Source: Candidatus Woesearchaeota archaeon (GTDB lineage Archaea; Nanobdellota; Nanobdellia; Pacearchaeales; GW2011-AR1). From it: a DNA stretch of 64,000 nucleotides. Below are positions 45,660 to 55,792 of this stretch, one piece after another (position 1 is the stretch's first letter; the number at the start of each line of letters is the position of its first letter). The stretch covers positions 13,180 to 77,179 of the forward strand of contig CAYJQB010000001.1 in the NCBI GenBank assembly GCA_964372205.1, written 5' to 3'. The position numbers and the translations under genes are program-made. The notes under the pieces are model-generated. The model was given only the letters and a program-made list of their open reading frames with translations. It was not told the origin of the DNA and made no database searches.

Positions 45660-47318
45660 ATGTCAGATAAAAGAAAAGAGCAATTAAAAAACTGGTTGAA
45701 AAATTATGAAAATTTTGCCCTAGTGATTATAGTTATAGCAACCCTAATTATAAGACTTTATTATTTCGGACTGACAAATGGCCAGCCTCTTTGGTGGGAT
45801 GAAGCAGATTACCTCGCATATGCAAAAAACCTTGCAGGGTACCCTGTAAGTTGGATAGTCACAGCACAGCATAATTCTCTCTATTCTTTTTTAGCAGCAA
45901 TTCTTTTCAGTAGCGGGTTAGGAGAAACAGGAATTAAGCTATTACTACAGCTTGTTCCTTCAACACTTAGTGTAATCTTGGTTTATTTAATCGCATCCAA
46001 GATGTATAATGATAAACGAATAGGCATTGCAGCAGCTTTCGCAATAGGATTTTTCTGGGAGCACCTGTTTAACTCAACCAGATTTCACGTTGATATCCCT
46101 GCCCTGTTTTTTGGGTTTTTAGCGATATACATCTTTTGGACAGGATATGAGAAAAAAGAAAAGATATTCAGAAAAATAAATTCTAACTATGCGATACCTC
46201 TTACAGTTTTATCTTTAATATTAGCATACTCTATAAGAAGAGGTTATATTTTGTTTGCCGCCTTTCCATTAGTCTATGTTATTTTGACTAAGAACTGGAA
46301 GCATTTGGTTAAAGACAAAATGAATTGGTTCAGCCTTATACTAGGTATAGTGTTATTCTTCCTGATAGAAACAACAATCTTTTCTTCAGGAATAGGATAT
46401 GTAAGCGGAACCTACTTTCATGAAGAGCTACCTATCAATTTCTTGCCCTTAAAGGTTTTCGGAGCTTTCTTCATCTTAGGGGGAATTACAAAAAGCATTT
46501 GGTTTTACCTGTTCTTAATTGGAATAGCTTTGATGATTTCAAGACTGGCTTTATCATATGGATACATAAAAAAACCTGAAAATTATGAGACGCGTGCAGA
46601 CTTGTTCAATGTTTTAAGCATAGTAATCACCCTAGCATTTTTTATTCTCATTTTAAGAACTCCAGATACATTCGGAGAACCAAGGTGGTATTTTCCACTT
46701 TTATTTGCCACTTTAATAAGCATAAGCAAATCATCGATTTTCATTGCGGACTTTTTCAAAAAGTATCATAAAAGCTTGAGTCTTGCGGTTCTTGTATTAC
46801 TATTAGGTTTAGGAGCATTTTATCAGCTTAATCAGGCAGATGACTCCATCCGGTCAAAATTAGAGTCATTTGGAAACATAAGAGATGTCAGTCTTTCCCT
46901 CAAAGAGAAAATGTCCGAGGATGAAATAATAATAACTAAAGGGCAACCGCAAGTAGAGTATTATTCAGAGAGGAAAACTGTGAATCCTCAGGACTGGGCA
47001 GGAGCAGATTTTCGTAATTCTAGTCTGACTAAAGAGCATTTTGAGGCAACAATGAAAAAAATATCAGAAACCCCAGAAGCAAAATATATGATAATCACTT
47101 TCTCAGAGCATAGCTACCCTCAATGGATGCAAAAAATTCAGTATGATGAAAGTGGAAGAACCGTCTCATGGGAAATTCCGTTTTTAGACACCAGAATAAA
47201 TTTTGTCACAGGTGAGCAAAAGATTGAACCCTCTGCAACTTATGAAGATTATAATCTTACTTTCACACTCATTGATATAAAACAAGAAGTTTTCGTATAT
47301 AGAATATCAGGAAATTAA
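45660..47318 (+). CDS. GT-C fold membrane glycosyltransferase (PMT/ArnT-like, GT39/GT83-like)
   Basis: About 11 transmembrane segments with a first-loop PLWWDEADY (DE motif). Confidence 0.55.
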   Translation: MSDKRKEQLKNWLKNYENFALVIIVIATLIIRLYYFGLTNGQPLWWDEADYLAYAKNLAGYPVSWIVTAQHNSLYSFLAAILFSSGLGETGIKLLLQLVPSTLSVILVYLIASKMYNDKRIGIAAAFAIGFFWEHLFNSTRFHVDIPALFFGFLAIYIFWTGYEKKEKIFRKINSNYAIPLTVLSLILAYSIRRGYILFAAFPLVYVILTKNWKHLVKDKMNWFSLILGIVLFFLIETTIFSSGIGYVSGTYFHEELPINFLPLKVFGAFFILGGITKSIWFYLFLIGIALMISRLALSYGYIKKPENYETRADLFNVLSIVITLAFFILILRTPDTFGEPRWYFPLLFATLISISKSSIFIADFFKKYHKSLSLAVLVLLLGLGAFYQLNQADDSIRSKLESFGNIRDVSLSLKEKMSEDEIIITKGQPQVEYYSERKTVNPQDWAGADFRNSSLTKEHFEATMKKISETPEAKYMIITFSEHSYPQWMQKIQYDESGRTVSWEIPFLDTRINFVTGEQKIEPSATYEDYNLTFTLIDIKQEVFVYRISGN

Positions 47319-48463
47319 GATTTTATAACTTTTTTAATAGTACTATTTAGTTCATCGTGTATCAAGTCTTCCCTAAATCTAGCTACACTCTTAGAAACCT
47401 TTTTTTTGTCCCATTTTCTGTCTAAAGCTTGAATTAGTTTCGATGAAAAACTTTTTATGTCGTAGGGTTCAGCCAAAAATCCGTTAACACCTTCTACAAT
47501 AGTCTCTTCGGGCCCAGCACCATCTTTCCAGGCAATTACAGGACATCCACAAGCCATAGCTTCTATAGGAGTAAGTCCAAAATCTTCCTTTGGAGCAGAC
47601 ATTAAAAAACATTCTGCAAAATTGTAAAGCTTAACAAGCTCTTCTGAGGAAACTTTTCCAAGAATTTTAACCTTATTTTCTAGTTTGAGTTTAGAAATAA
47701 GCTCACGTATTTTATTCTCCTCCTCAATAGTCCCAGAAATAACCAGTTCAATATCTTTTTTTTGCTCTGCAACTTTTGCAAATGCCATTACTGCCAAATC
47801 AGGTCTCTTATCTTTAATCATTCGGCCATGCAATAGTAAATATTTTTTCTTACTTCTTCCAGTATTCTTAATAATTTTAAATTGATTTGCTACAGAAGGA
47901 TAGATAACTTTGGGCAAGATGCCATAAATAGAACGAATTCTCTTCGCAGTATAGTTGCTATTTGCTAGAACAATATCTGCAGATTTGACGGCTTCAGTAT
48001 CTAATCTTCTAAGGAATCCTCCAAAGAAGACTCCTAGCACATACGCCAAAAGTCTTGGAACATTATTAACGTATTTGATGCTCCTATTGTATAAATATTG
48101 AGGGGGATGATGCATCATAACTATATAGGGTGTACCCTCAAGGAGTTTTTTCATTCGAGCCAATCTAGATGACATAAAACTATGACTTATGATAAGATCT
48201 GTCTTTACTGACCTAATTCTTTTAGGAAACAAAAGATACGACGCCAGTTTCATAACCTCATTTTTTCCAGATCCTAACTGAGAAATCTTTACATTCTTGC
48301 TTAATCCCAGACTTTCAGTGACCTCTTTATGATTTTTAGCCACGTATCCAAAGAGCATTTCAACTTGATAGTCCCTATTTAGATGGTTTGCCTGAAAGAA
48401 CATGACTCTCTCTAATCCGCCAATTTCTTTTAGAAAATCATAGGAGATAATTATTTTTTTCAT
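47315..48463 (-). CDS. Glycosyltransferase family 4
   Basis: A GT-B C-terminal motif (EDFGLTPIEAMACGCPVIAW). Confidence 0.75.
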   Translation of the reverse strand: MKKIIISYDFLKEIGGLERVMFFQANHLNRDYQVEMLFGYVAKNHKEVTESLGLSKNVKISQLGSGKNEVMKLASYLLFPKRIRSVKTDLIISHSFMSSRLARMKKLLEGTPYIVMMHHPPQYLYNRSIKYVNNVPRLLAYVLGVFFGGFLRRLDTEAVKSADIVLANSNYTAKRIRSIYGILPKVIYPSVANQFKIIKNTGRSKKKYLLLHGRMIKDKRPDLAVMAFAKVAEQKKDIELVISGTIEEENKIRELISKLKLENKVKILGKVSSEELVKLYNFAECFLMSAPKEDFGLTPIEAMACGCPVIAWKDGAGPEETIVEGVNGFLAEPYDIKSFSSKLIQALDRKWDKKKVSKSVARFREDLIHDELNSTIKKVIKS

Positions 48464-49389
48464 CTTCTTAGTCTAAGGGTCCAACCTTTTTTAGTATTTC
48501 TAGGTTGAAAGATTGCAAAACCTTCAGCCAGAGCAGTCAAAAATATCCAAGTAAACACCAAAATTCCAGCATAAATTCCACTCTTGAACGAATTAAAAAA
48601 TATGTAAGGCAAAGACTTAGAGTAATACTCCGCATAACTTTTCTTCTTAGTCAATCCTGCAGAGCTAAGTTGTTTTCGAGCAATAGAAGTCCTAATTTTC
48701 TGTTTGAAGAAATCTCTTGGCACAATTTTGTTATATGAAACAACCATTCTTGGCATTTTAGGATCATCAAATATAGCTATCTTAAACCCTTTATCAAAAA
48801 TATGTTTCGTTCTTTCAAAGTCATCTCCAAGAGAAAAATTTTCAGAGTATAATTCCTTTCGGAATATATTTGTCAGGAACATTGTTGGCTCAGTAAGAAC
48901 CCTCATCTCAGAGTGTTGTTTAGTAAAATTATCTTTTTGAAATTTGAACCAATACAAAGAACTGTAAGAAACCATCTTAAACACCCAGTTACCCTTTTCC
49001 ATAGAGTCTTTGTTCCATTCAACTGGAAAAGACTCAGCTATTCCTCCAACTTCGGAATCCTCAAAAACACTCAAAAATTTATGCAATGACAAAGAGTCTC
49101 CAACCTTAAAAACCCAGTCAGCATCATTTATTATAATAATGTCTCCCTTTGACATTTTAACAATATTGTTTATTACTGCAGGCTTTCCGCTTCGGAGATT
49201 CAATTTGAAATACTTAAATTTTTTAGATTTTTTTGTAAATTCTTTTACAATCTCTTCAGTCCTATCAGTACAGCCATCTAACCCAAGAATAACTTCATAA
49301 TCCTTATAGGGAAGATTAAGCAAATTTTCTAAAGTTTTCCGGATTATTTTTTCTTCGTTATGCGCTGCAATCAGGAATGAAAGTTTCAT
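48460..49389 (-). CDS. Glycosyltransferase family 2 with a C-terminal membrane anchor
   Basis: LSFLIAAHNEEKII...DADW is GT-A. The C-terminal transmembrane segment is IYAGILVFTWIFLTALA. Confidence 0.7.
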   Translation of the reverse strand: MKLSFLIAAHNEEKIIRKTLENLLNLPYKDYEVILGLDGCTDRTEEIVKEFTKKSKKFKYFKLNLRSGKPAVINNIVKMSKGDIIIINDADWVFKVGDSLSLHKFLSVFEDSEVGGIAESFPVEWNKDSMEKGNWVFKMVSYSSLYWFKFQKDNFTKQHSEMRVLTEPTMFLTNIFRKELYSENFSLGDDFERTKHIFDKGFKIAIFDDPKMPRMVVSYNKIVPRDFFKQKIRTSIARKQLSSAGLTKKKSYAEYYSKSLPYIFFNSFKSGIYAGILVFTWIFLTALAEGFAIFQPRNTKKGWTLRLRR

Positions 49390-50168
49390 TTAGGTATAAA
49401 CCCCACAAATTTATCATAAATTTTAATGAATCTTTTTAATGGCGAATTCAATATTCTCAGTCTTAGTATGGCCAACACCATCCAAGGACCAGCTTGCCAA
49501 AAGTTTATTTTAGAGTATTCTTTATCAATCCATACAGTAGGACAGGATCTGACTTTAAATCCCTGTTTTTTTAGAACATAAAGGAGATCGACATCGAAAG
49601 CCCATTTTGACATAGTAAGCTTTGGCAGAACCATTTCCAAAGCATTTCTCCTAAATATCTTGGCTCCACACTGTGTGTCTCCATATGGCAAAAGAAGGAC
49701 AGACCTAACTACAAAGTTAAACAACCTTTTAGCCAGAAGTCTTTGGATGGAAGGAGGCGGATAAATCTTGGAGTCTTTATGATATCTATCTGCTATCACA
49801 CCAGCAACCCCCTTCATATTTGTAATAAGCTTCCAATATTCCTCCGGAGAGGTAGCCATGTCAGCATCTACAAAACCTATAACTTCATACCCTTCCTTTA
49901 GGGATCTCTTAAAACCTTCAACTACTGCATATCCTTTTCCACCCCTAATCAACACCATGCAGTTTATATTTTTGTTAAGAGAAGAATATCTTTTTACAAC
50001 TTCCTGTGTTGCATCTTTAGTGTTGTTTATGACCACAAGAATCTGATACTCTAATATTTTTTTCTTTCTTAAATCCTCAAAAAAGATAGAATACTTTTCA
50101 AGAGTCTTGCCTATCCTTTTTTCTTCATTATGTGCCGGCACAATTATCGAAATTTTCCCAAATTCCAT
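49386..50168 (-). CDS. Polyprenyl/dolichyl-phosphate sugar synthase (DPM1/GtrB-like GT2)
   Basis: ISIIVPAHNEEKRI...GKGYAV...FVDADM is the DPM1-like signature. Confidence 0.7.
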   Translation of the reverse strand: MEFGKISIIVPAHNEEKRIGKTLEKYSIFFEDLRKKKILEYQILVVINNTKDATQEVVKRYSSLNKNINCMVLIRGGKGYAVVEGFKRSLKEGYEVIGFVDADMATSPEEYWKLITNMKGVAGVIADRYHKDSKIYPPPSIQRLLAKRLFNFVVRSVLLLPYGDTQCGAKIFRRNALEMVLPKLTMSKWAFDVDLLYVLKKQGFKVRSCPTVWIDKEYSKINFWQAGPWMVLAILRLRILNSPLKRFIKIYDKFVGFIPK

Positions 50169-50241
50169 GATTTTAAAGAAAGACTAACTTTTTTAAATAT
50201 ATATACAGTGGTTTTATATATCTAAAAAATCAAGTGAAATC

Positions 50242-52107
50242 ATGTCAGACCTAGTAAACAAGACTATAGACAAAATATTCGATATGAGGAAAGAAACATT
50301 TCTCCTTATTCTAATCTTTTTGCTTGCTTTTATTCTAAGGTTTATAGCAGCCATAAATGCTTCAGTTTCTGCAGACGACATGCATCATGTTATTCATGCA
50401 CTGAATTTTTTGAGCTCAGACAGACTAATTTTATGGGATCAATCATCAGGTCTATGGCATGCATTTACAAGCGTGATATATGAGGTTCTTGGAACAACGC
50501 AATTAGCTTCTAGGTTCGCCTCAATAATCTTCGGTTCATTAAGTGTTTTGTTAGTATTTTCTCTAACCAAGGAGTTCTTTAATGAAAAAATCTCCCTGAT
50601 TGCAGCATTTCTGCTCGCAGTGTCTCCTTTTCAGATTCTAAATACCATGGCGGAGATGGACATCATGGCAATGTTTTTTGTTCTAATTTCATTAGTCTCC
50701 TTCATAAAAGCCACGAAGTCAGAAAAACTCTCCTTATTTGCCACAAGCGGGGTAGCCATGGGGTTAGCGATATACACAAAAGTCTACCCTTTATTATTCA
50801 TTCCTTCAATTCTATTATTTTTCGTTTATACAAGACATAAATCCAAACAGAAAATTGTCAATTTTCGAAACATAAAATTTATCTTAATTTTCCTATTTGC
50901 AATTTTCATTTTCACAATCCCTGCTCTAACTCATAATTATCTATTATACAAGGACAAAGGATTTTTGGATTTGCAATTCACCAGAGCGCTAGGATTAGGA
51001 GAGGAGATTTCTAAAGATTACTACGGATGGACTGCAGATTTCCACACAAGGAACTCTTGGAAGGGATTGTTCTTTGGAGATGAAAGGCATGTTGCGGATG
51101 GGAGCCCGCTTTTACTAGCTGCAATAGGATTTGTGAGATTAAGGGACCCAATTGGATTCTATCTAGGGCTTCTAGGAATAATCTTAATTTTAAGCAGAAA
51201 AGAGTCCAAAGAGTATCTTGTCTTTTTCCTTCTAAGCATATTATTCGTTTTACCGTTTTTGGCATCAATAATCCTTTTACCTAAGCATTACTTATTTTTG
51301 GAGATATTGATGATGCCCATGGCTGCTCTTTCTATTGAATCATTTTCAAGCAAGATTAATAGAAACAAAAATTCAAAAAAATTGATAATTTTAGTGATAT
51401 TATCTCTATCTATAATCTTCCTTGGAGCTCCAGCCATAAAACACGTTTACCAGCCAAATCTTTATTCATTCTATGGAAAAAGTCAGATAGCGCAAATAAT
51501 TGATTTTAAAATGGATTCAATTTCAGAAGAATCTTTAATGGTGTCAGATTCTAGAATCTACAGAGGCAGAGTTCATTGGACATCCTTAGGAAGACCTTAT
51601 TTGGAAGGAGTTCAGTTCATTGAACTGTTAAATCAACAGGATGACATACCTGGAAAAGTATTGTCTCAAAAAGTTTACTATATTGAGTGTGTTCTGGATG
51701 ATTGTGGCTGGGGAACAATTAAATACCAGCCAGAATTCAACGCATCTATGGAAACTCTGACAGATTTTTTCATCCAAAATGGAAAACTTGAAAAGGTGAT
51801 AACTGAGCCTTCGGATTCAAAAGTTTTCTACCCTCTTATATCTTCTAACAACAAAAGAGAAGTAATAAGAATATACTCTCTAGATATTCCAATAAAAGAA
51901 CAGATTATTCAGTTTGCTAAACAGCCTAAGGAGTGGTTCTTATATTCTGTAGGATTCTCACCAAAAGAAAAACAGTTCGATTATTACGAAACTAACAATG
52001 CCTTAGATTCATTCTTAGACATGTTAGCTCATTGGATAGTGAAACTGGCAGTTATTTTGGCTTTCATAAGTCCAATTTTTGTAATTTATTTAATAGTTAG
52101 AAAATGA
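50242..52107 (+). CDS. GT-C fold membrane glycosyltransferase (PMT_2/ArnT-like)
   Basis: Many transmembrane segments, and a first-loop acidic motif SADDMHH. It is paired with DPM1-like GT2 genes on both sides. Confidence 0.55.
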   Translation: MSDLVNKTIDKIFDMRKETFLLILIFLLAFILRFIAAINASVSADDMHHVIHALNFLSSDRLILWDQSSGLWHAFTSVIYEVLGTTQLASRFASIIFGSLSVLLVFSLTKEFFNEKISLIAAFLLAVSPFQILNTMAEMDIMAMFFVLISLVSFIKATKSEKLSLFATSGVAMGLAIYTKVYPLLFIPSILLFFVYTRHKSKQKIVNFRNIKFILIFLFAIFIFTIPALTHNYLLYKDKGFLDLQFTRALGLGEEISKDYYGWTADFHTRNSWKGLFFGDERHVADGSPLLLAAIGFVRLRDPIGFYLGLLGIILILSRKESKEYLVFFLLSILFVLPFLASIILLPKHYLFLEILMMPMAALSIESFSSKINRNKNSKKLIILVILSLSIIFLGAPAIKHVYQPNLYSFYGKSQIAQIIDFKMDSISEESLMVSDSRIYRGRVHWTSLGRPYLEGVQFIELLNQQDDIPGKVLSQKVYYIECVLDDCGWGTIKYQPEFNASMETLTDFFIQNGKLEKVITEPSDSKVFYPLISSNNKREVIRIYSLDIPIKEQIIQFAKQPKEWFLYSVGFSPKEKQFDYYETNNALDSFLDMLAHWIVKLAVILAFISPIFVIYLIVRK

Positions 52108-52811
52108 AGATAAGTATAATCGTGCCGGTTTACAATGAAGAAAAAACGCTAGCAAAAATCTTAGACAAGCTAGTTTCAGTAGACCTAAATCTCAAAAAGG
52201 AGATTCTTATAATAGATGACGGCAGCAAAGACAATACTAAGAAAGTCGCATTAGATTATATAAAAAAGAAAAAACAAAAGAATATCGAATTCAAATTCTA
52301 TTTGAAAAAAAATGGTGGAAAAGGGTCTGCAGTTAGGCAAGGCATAAAACTCGCAACAGGAGACATAATAACAATACAGGATGCTGATTTAGAGTACAAC
52401 CCTGAAGATTATAAACTTTTGATAACGCCAATCATTAATGGAACTGCCTCAGTAGTTTATGGTTCAAGAATGTTAAATAAGAACAACGAAATTGGTTATT
52501 TTGTGTATTATCTTGGAAATAAGTTTCTAACTCTTTTAACTAAACTATTATACTTTTCGGGGATTACCGATATGGAAACTTGCTATAAGGTGTTCCGAGC
52601 AGACATAATTAAGAGCATACCTCTAAAATCAAATAAATTTGATATAGAGCCAGAAATAACTGCTAAAATTCTAAGGAAGGGGGTAAAAATAAAAGAAATC
52701 CCCATTTCCTACAGCCCAAGGACAATAGAGGAAGGAAAGAAGATTAATTGGAAAGATGGTTTACATGCCATATTGGTTCTACTTAAATGGAGATTTGCAA
52801 AATGGAACTAG
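52104..52811 (+). CDS. Polyprenyl/dolichyl-phosphate sugar synthase (DPM1-like GT2)
   Basis: KISIIVPVYNEEKTL...ILIIDDGSKDNT...GKGSAV...QDADL. Confidence 0.75.
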   Translation: MKISIIVPVYNEEKTLAKILDKLVSVDLNLKKEILIIDDGSKDNTKKVALDYIKKKKQKNIEFKFYLKKNGGKGSAVRQGIKLATGDIITIQDADLEYNPEDYKLLITPIINGTASVVYGSRMLNKNNEIGYFVYYLGNKFLTLLTKLLYFSGITDMETCYKVFRADIIKSIPLKSNKFDIEPEITAKILRKGVKIKEIPISYSPRTIEEGKKINWKDGLHAILVLLKWRFAKWN

Positions 52812-53617
52812 ATATCCTAAAAAAGATAACTCACAGATCCAAAATATTATTATCTTTAGTCAAAGATTCATTCTATATTTGGAAATTTTCAGACTGGATT
52901 CAAGTATGGTTCACAAATAGACGAAAGGAAATTACAATCAAGGGGCTTAAGTTCCAGATTAGAAATCACAATTATTTATCCAAAGTCACAGATATAGCAA
53001 TGATTTTCGAAATAATTCATTTTAACCACTACGGAATATGTGACATAAATCCAAAAGACATAGTAATAGACATAGGAGCTCACATAGGCAGCTTTACTCT
53101 ATTAGCATCAAAAAAGGCCAACAAAGGCAAAGTTCTTTCGTATGAACCTTCTCAGGAATCTTTTAAATTATTAAAAGAAAATGTTAAAATAAACAACGGA
53201 AATAATATTATTCTTCATAACGAAGCGGTAGGAAAAAATTCTGGAGAAGGATATCTCTTCCAGCATAAAAACAACGCAGAAAATTCCCTATATAAAAAAT
53301 CCAATAATAAAAAAAAGATTCATTTAACAACTCTTGCAGAAATATTTCGCAAATATCAATTAAACAAGTGCGATGTGCTAAAATTAGACTGTGAAGGAGC
53401 AGAATATGATATTCTCTTCTCTTCGGGAAACCAATTATCCAAGGTTAAAAAAATCATATTAGAATATCACGAACCAACATACTTTGGAATCGATAATAAA
53501 TATAGCGTAAATTCCTTAATGGAGTTCCTCAAAAAAAAAGGTTTCAAGGTTAATGTTACTAAAGACACTCATTACCAAGGAATAATTTACGCACAACAGA
53601 CTAATCTCTTAAGATGA
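52787..53617 (+). CDS. FkbM-family methyltransferase
   Basis: IDIGAHIGSFTLLAS...VLSYEPSQESFKLLKENV matches the FkbM domain. Confidence 0.65.
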   Translation: MEICKMELDILKKITHRSKILLSLVKDSFYIWKFSDWIQVWFTNRRKEITIKGLKFQIRNHNYLSKVTDIAMIFEIIHFNHYGICDINPKDIVIDIGAHIGSFTLLASKKANKGKVLSYEPSQESFKLLKENVKINNGNNIILHNEAVGKNSGEGYLFQHKNNAENSLYKKSNNKKKIHLTTLAEIFRKYQLNKCDVLKLDCEGAEYDILFSSGNQLSKVKKIILEYHEPTYFGIDNKYSVNSLMEFLKKKGFKVNVTKDTHYQGIIYAQQTNLLR

Positions 53618-54851
53618 CTATAGTCCCCCAAAGAAAAGCCGCAGAAGCAGTAACGAATGCTATAGAAAACTGGAAGAGATTAGCAGAGAAATAGTAAAGC
53701 AAGAATACTTCCAAAATCAAGAAGACAGGAAGGTACTGATAATTCTTAACCTTTCCCAAGGATAATTTATATAACAAAACAAGATTGTTTATAGAAAGAA
53801 ATACAAATCCAATTGAAAGATAGAATAAAATAGATGAGGACTCTAGAATAACTTTCCCTGAAAAAATCCATACTATAAATGATGGAAAGAAAAAGAACAA
53901 AACGAGTCCAATAAACAGCGGCACAATAAGGAGTCCGAATGCGTTGTAGAAAACACCTTCAGATTTATTTTTTTTCAGTTCATTCTCAGAGGATATTGGA
54001 AACATGGCTCTACTTATGGGCTGAGTGCCAAGAAAGATTGTTTTTGCAAGTATTGATGCAATAGAGTATGCACCTGCCAGCCCATCGGAGAACACTATCT
54101 TTGCAATTATAACATCGATACTATAGAATGCTAATATTGAAAAGATGATTATAAAAGAAGGCAAGGAATATTTCTCCTGCTTTTTGATATGTCCCGACTT
54201 TGAACTCATTATATCCCCAAGGCTGACAAATGAAAGTGCCAATGCAGTTCCTGTGCCAATTAATGTGCCAATTATTGCCCCATAAACCCCCCATCCTAAG
54301 AATACCAAAATAAGAGATATCACAAGTTTAAATGCAGATTCAGAAACCATGTTTGCTCCTAAAGCGCGAAATCTCTTCTTGCCTTGGATTATTCCCCTAG
54401 TCAATGGTAAGGAAAATGCTAAAAATATCATCAACCCATTCAAAAGCATCAAGGGATAGTCTATCTTCATTAAATCAGATATCTTTATGGTAGCAATAGC
54501 ATAAAGCATGAAAATAACGAGAGAGTAAACGAAAAATTTCTTTGAAGATGCCTTTAGCATGCCCTTTATTTTACTTTTATTTTGTTCACCAGAAGAAAAC
54601 TTAGTAAAAACTAACTGGATAGATTCAGTAAATATCCCGAGCATGTAAATAATAGCATATAATGCAGAAAGTGTTCCGAATTCTTCAACTCCAAGAAGTC
54701 TAGCCATTGAGAAATGGAACATGAAATTTAGAAAATTGTAAATCCCAAAGAATATCAATAAAACTACACTTCCTCTGATTAATATTTTGTCCAACTTCAT
54801 TTTACAAAAAATGCAAATACTATTGCAATTATAACAACTTGGAACAGCCAA
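53601..54851 (-). CDS. Oligosaccharide flippase / polysaccharide biosynthesis membrane protein (MOP superfamily)
   Basis: 12-14 transmembrane segments with Wzx-like organisation. Confidence 0.55.
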   Translation of the reverse strand: MAVPSCYNCNSICIFCKMKLDKILIRGSVVLLIFFGIYNFLNFMFHFSMARLLGVEEFGTLSALYAIIYMLGIFTESIQLVFTKFSSGEQNKSKIKGMLKASSKKFFVYSLVIFMLYAIATIKISDLMKIDYPLMLLNGLMIFLAFSLPLTRGIIQGKKRFRALGANMVSESAFKLVISLILVFLGWGVYGAIIGTLIGTGTALALSFVSLGDIMSSKSGHIKKQEKYSLPSFIIIFSILAFYSIDVIIAKIVFSDGLAGAYSIASILAKTIFLGTQPISRAMFPISSENELKKNKSEGVFYNAFGLLIVPLFIGLVLFFFFPSFIVWIFSGKVILESSSILFYLSIGFVFLSINNLVLLYKLSLGKVKNYQYLPVFLILEVFLLYYFSANLFQFSIAFVTASAAFLWGTIVILRD

Positions 54852-55792
54852 ATAGAATAAACAACTCTTCTCTCCGTTGGTTTAATTCCAAACTTTTTCA
54901 TCAACAGGATTGAAAGATGATTAAGACTATAGATTTTAGAATACTTAAGATCCAGCGTATCTTCTCCAACAGGCTTCGCGAAAGACTGTTTAACTAGCCC
55001 GCCTCTAAGCTTCAGAATAGTTTCAATTATGTAAGGTATAAAAAGCAAAATTGCTACCTTCTCAAAGTTGCCCAAGATAGCAAATATTGCTATGAGGCCT
55101 CCAAGAGGATAAGTCAAAGTATCGCCAGGGAATACTTGTGCAGGATAGATGTTATAAAAAAGAAACGCTAACAAGGCGGCGACTATAATAAATCCTATCA
55201 AAGCAAGCCAAGAGTTTCCAGTGGTATAAGCAACTAAAGAGAGCGCTGAAATCAAAATGATTCCTTGGCCAGCTTCCAGTCCATTGAATCCTGCAAGAAA
55301 GTTGAAAGTTGTAGATGTTGCAATTACACCGATAGGGATTAAGATTAAAGGATATAACAGCCCAGAATTTATTTCTCCAATAAAAGGGACAGAAAAAGCG
55401 CTATGTCCTGCGTTTATGACCATCAAGGGAACTGCAGCAAAAAAGCACAGAGCTATTCTAGTTCTTCTTCTTAATCCTATTTTCCATCCGAGAGAGTCAT
55501 CTATAAGTCCTATCATTGCCAATATCAACAGACTTGTGGTAATCGCAAAAATCTCAATCAAATTAGAGCTAGAGTCAAATAAGAATTGGACTATCGCCAC
55601 ATATATGAGTATTCCTAGAATAAATGCTGTAACCGTCACAATTCCTCCAGTCTCAGCAACTTGAGTTTCTCGGTATTTGTTCATGTCTTTTCCTACAAAA
55701 CCGAATTTTGTAGCCTTCTTTATCCAGAATGGCATAGCAAGAAGACTAATTAAAAAGCTTATCAAAATAGGGAGCAGAAGCACCCAGTTCAT
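54797..55792 (-). CDS. aglH: UDP-HexNAc:dolichyl-phosphate HexNAc-1-phosphate transferase (AglH/WecA/MraY family)
   Basis: A polytopic membrane protein with the characteristic N-terminus (LLAMPFWIKKATKFGFVGKDMNKY) and cytoplasmic-loop motifs of the GPT family. Confidence 0.75.
   Translation of the reverse strand: MNWVLLLPILISFLISLLAMPFWIKKATKFGFVGKDMNKYRETQVAETGGIVTVTAFILGILIYVAIVQFLFDSSSNLIEIFAITTSLLILAMIGLIDDSLGWKIGLRRRTRIALCFFAAVPLMVINAGHSAFSVPFIGEINSGLLYPLILIPIGVIATSTTFNFLAGFNGLEAGQGIILISALSLVAYTTGNSWLALIGFIIVAALLAFLFYNIYPAQVFPGDTLTYPLGGLIAIFAILGNFEKVAILLFIPYIIETILKLRGGLVKQSFAKPVGEDTLDLKYSKIYSLNHLSILLMKKFGIKPTERRVVYSIWLFQVVIIAIVFAFFVK

Noticed and set aside
55257-55664. 135-aa plus-strand ORF within aglH
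   Set aside because: It is antisense to a confidently assigned polytopic GPT-family gene and is a chance ORF.
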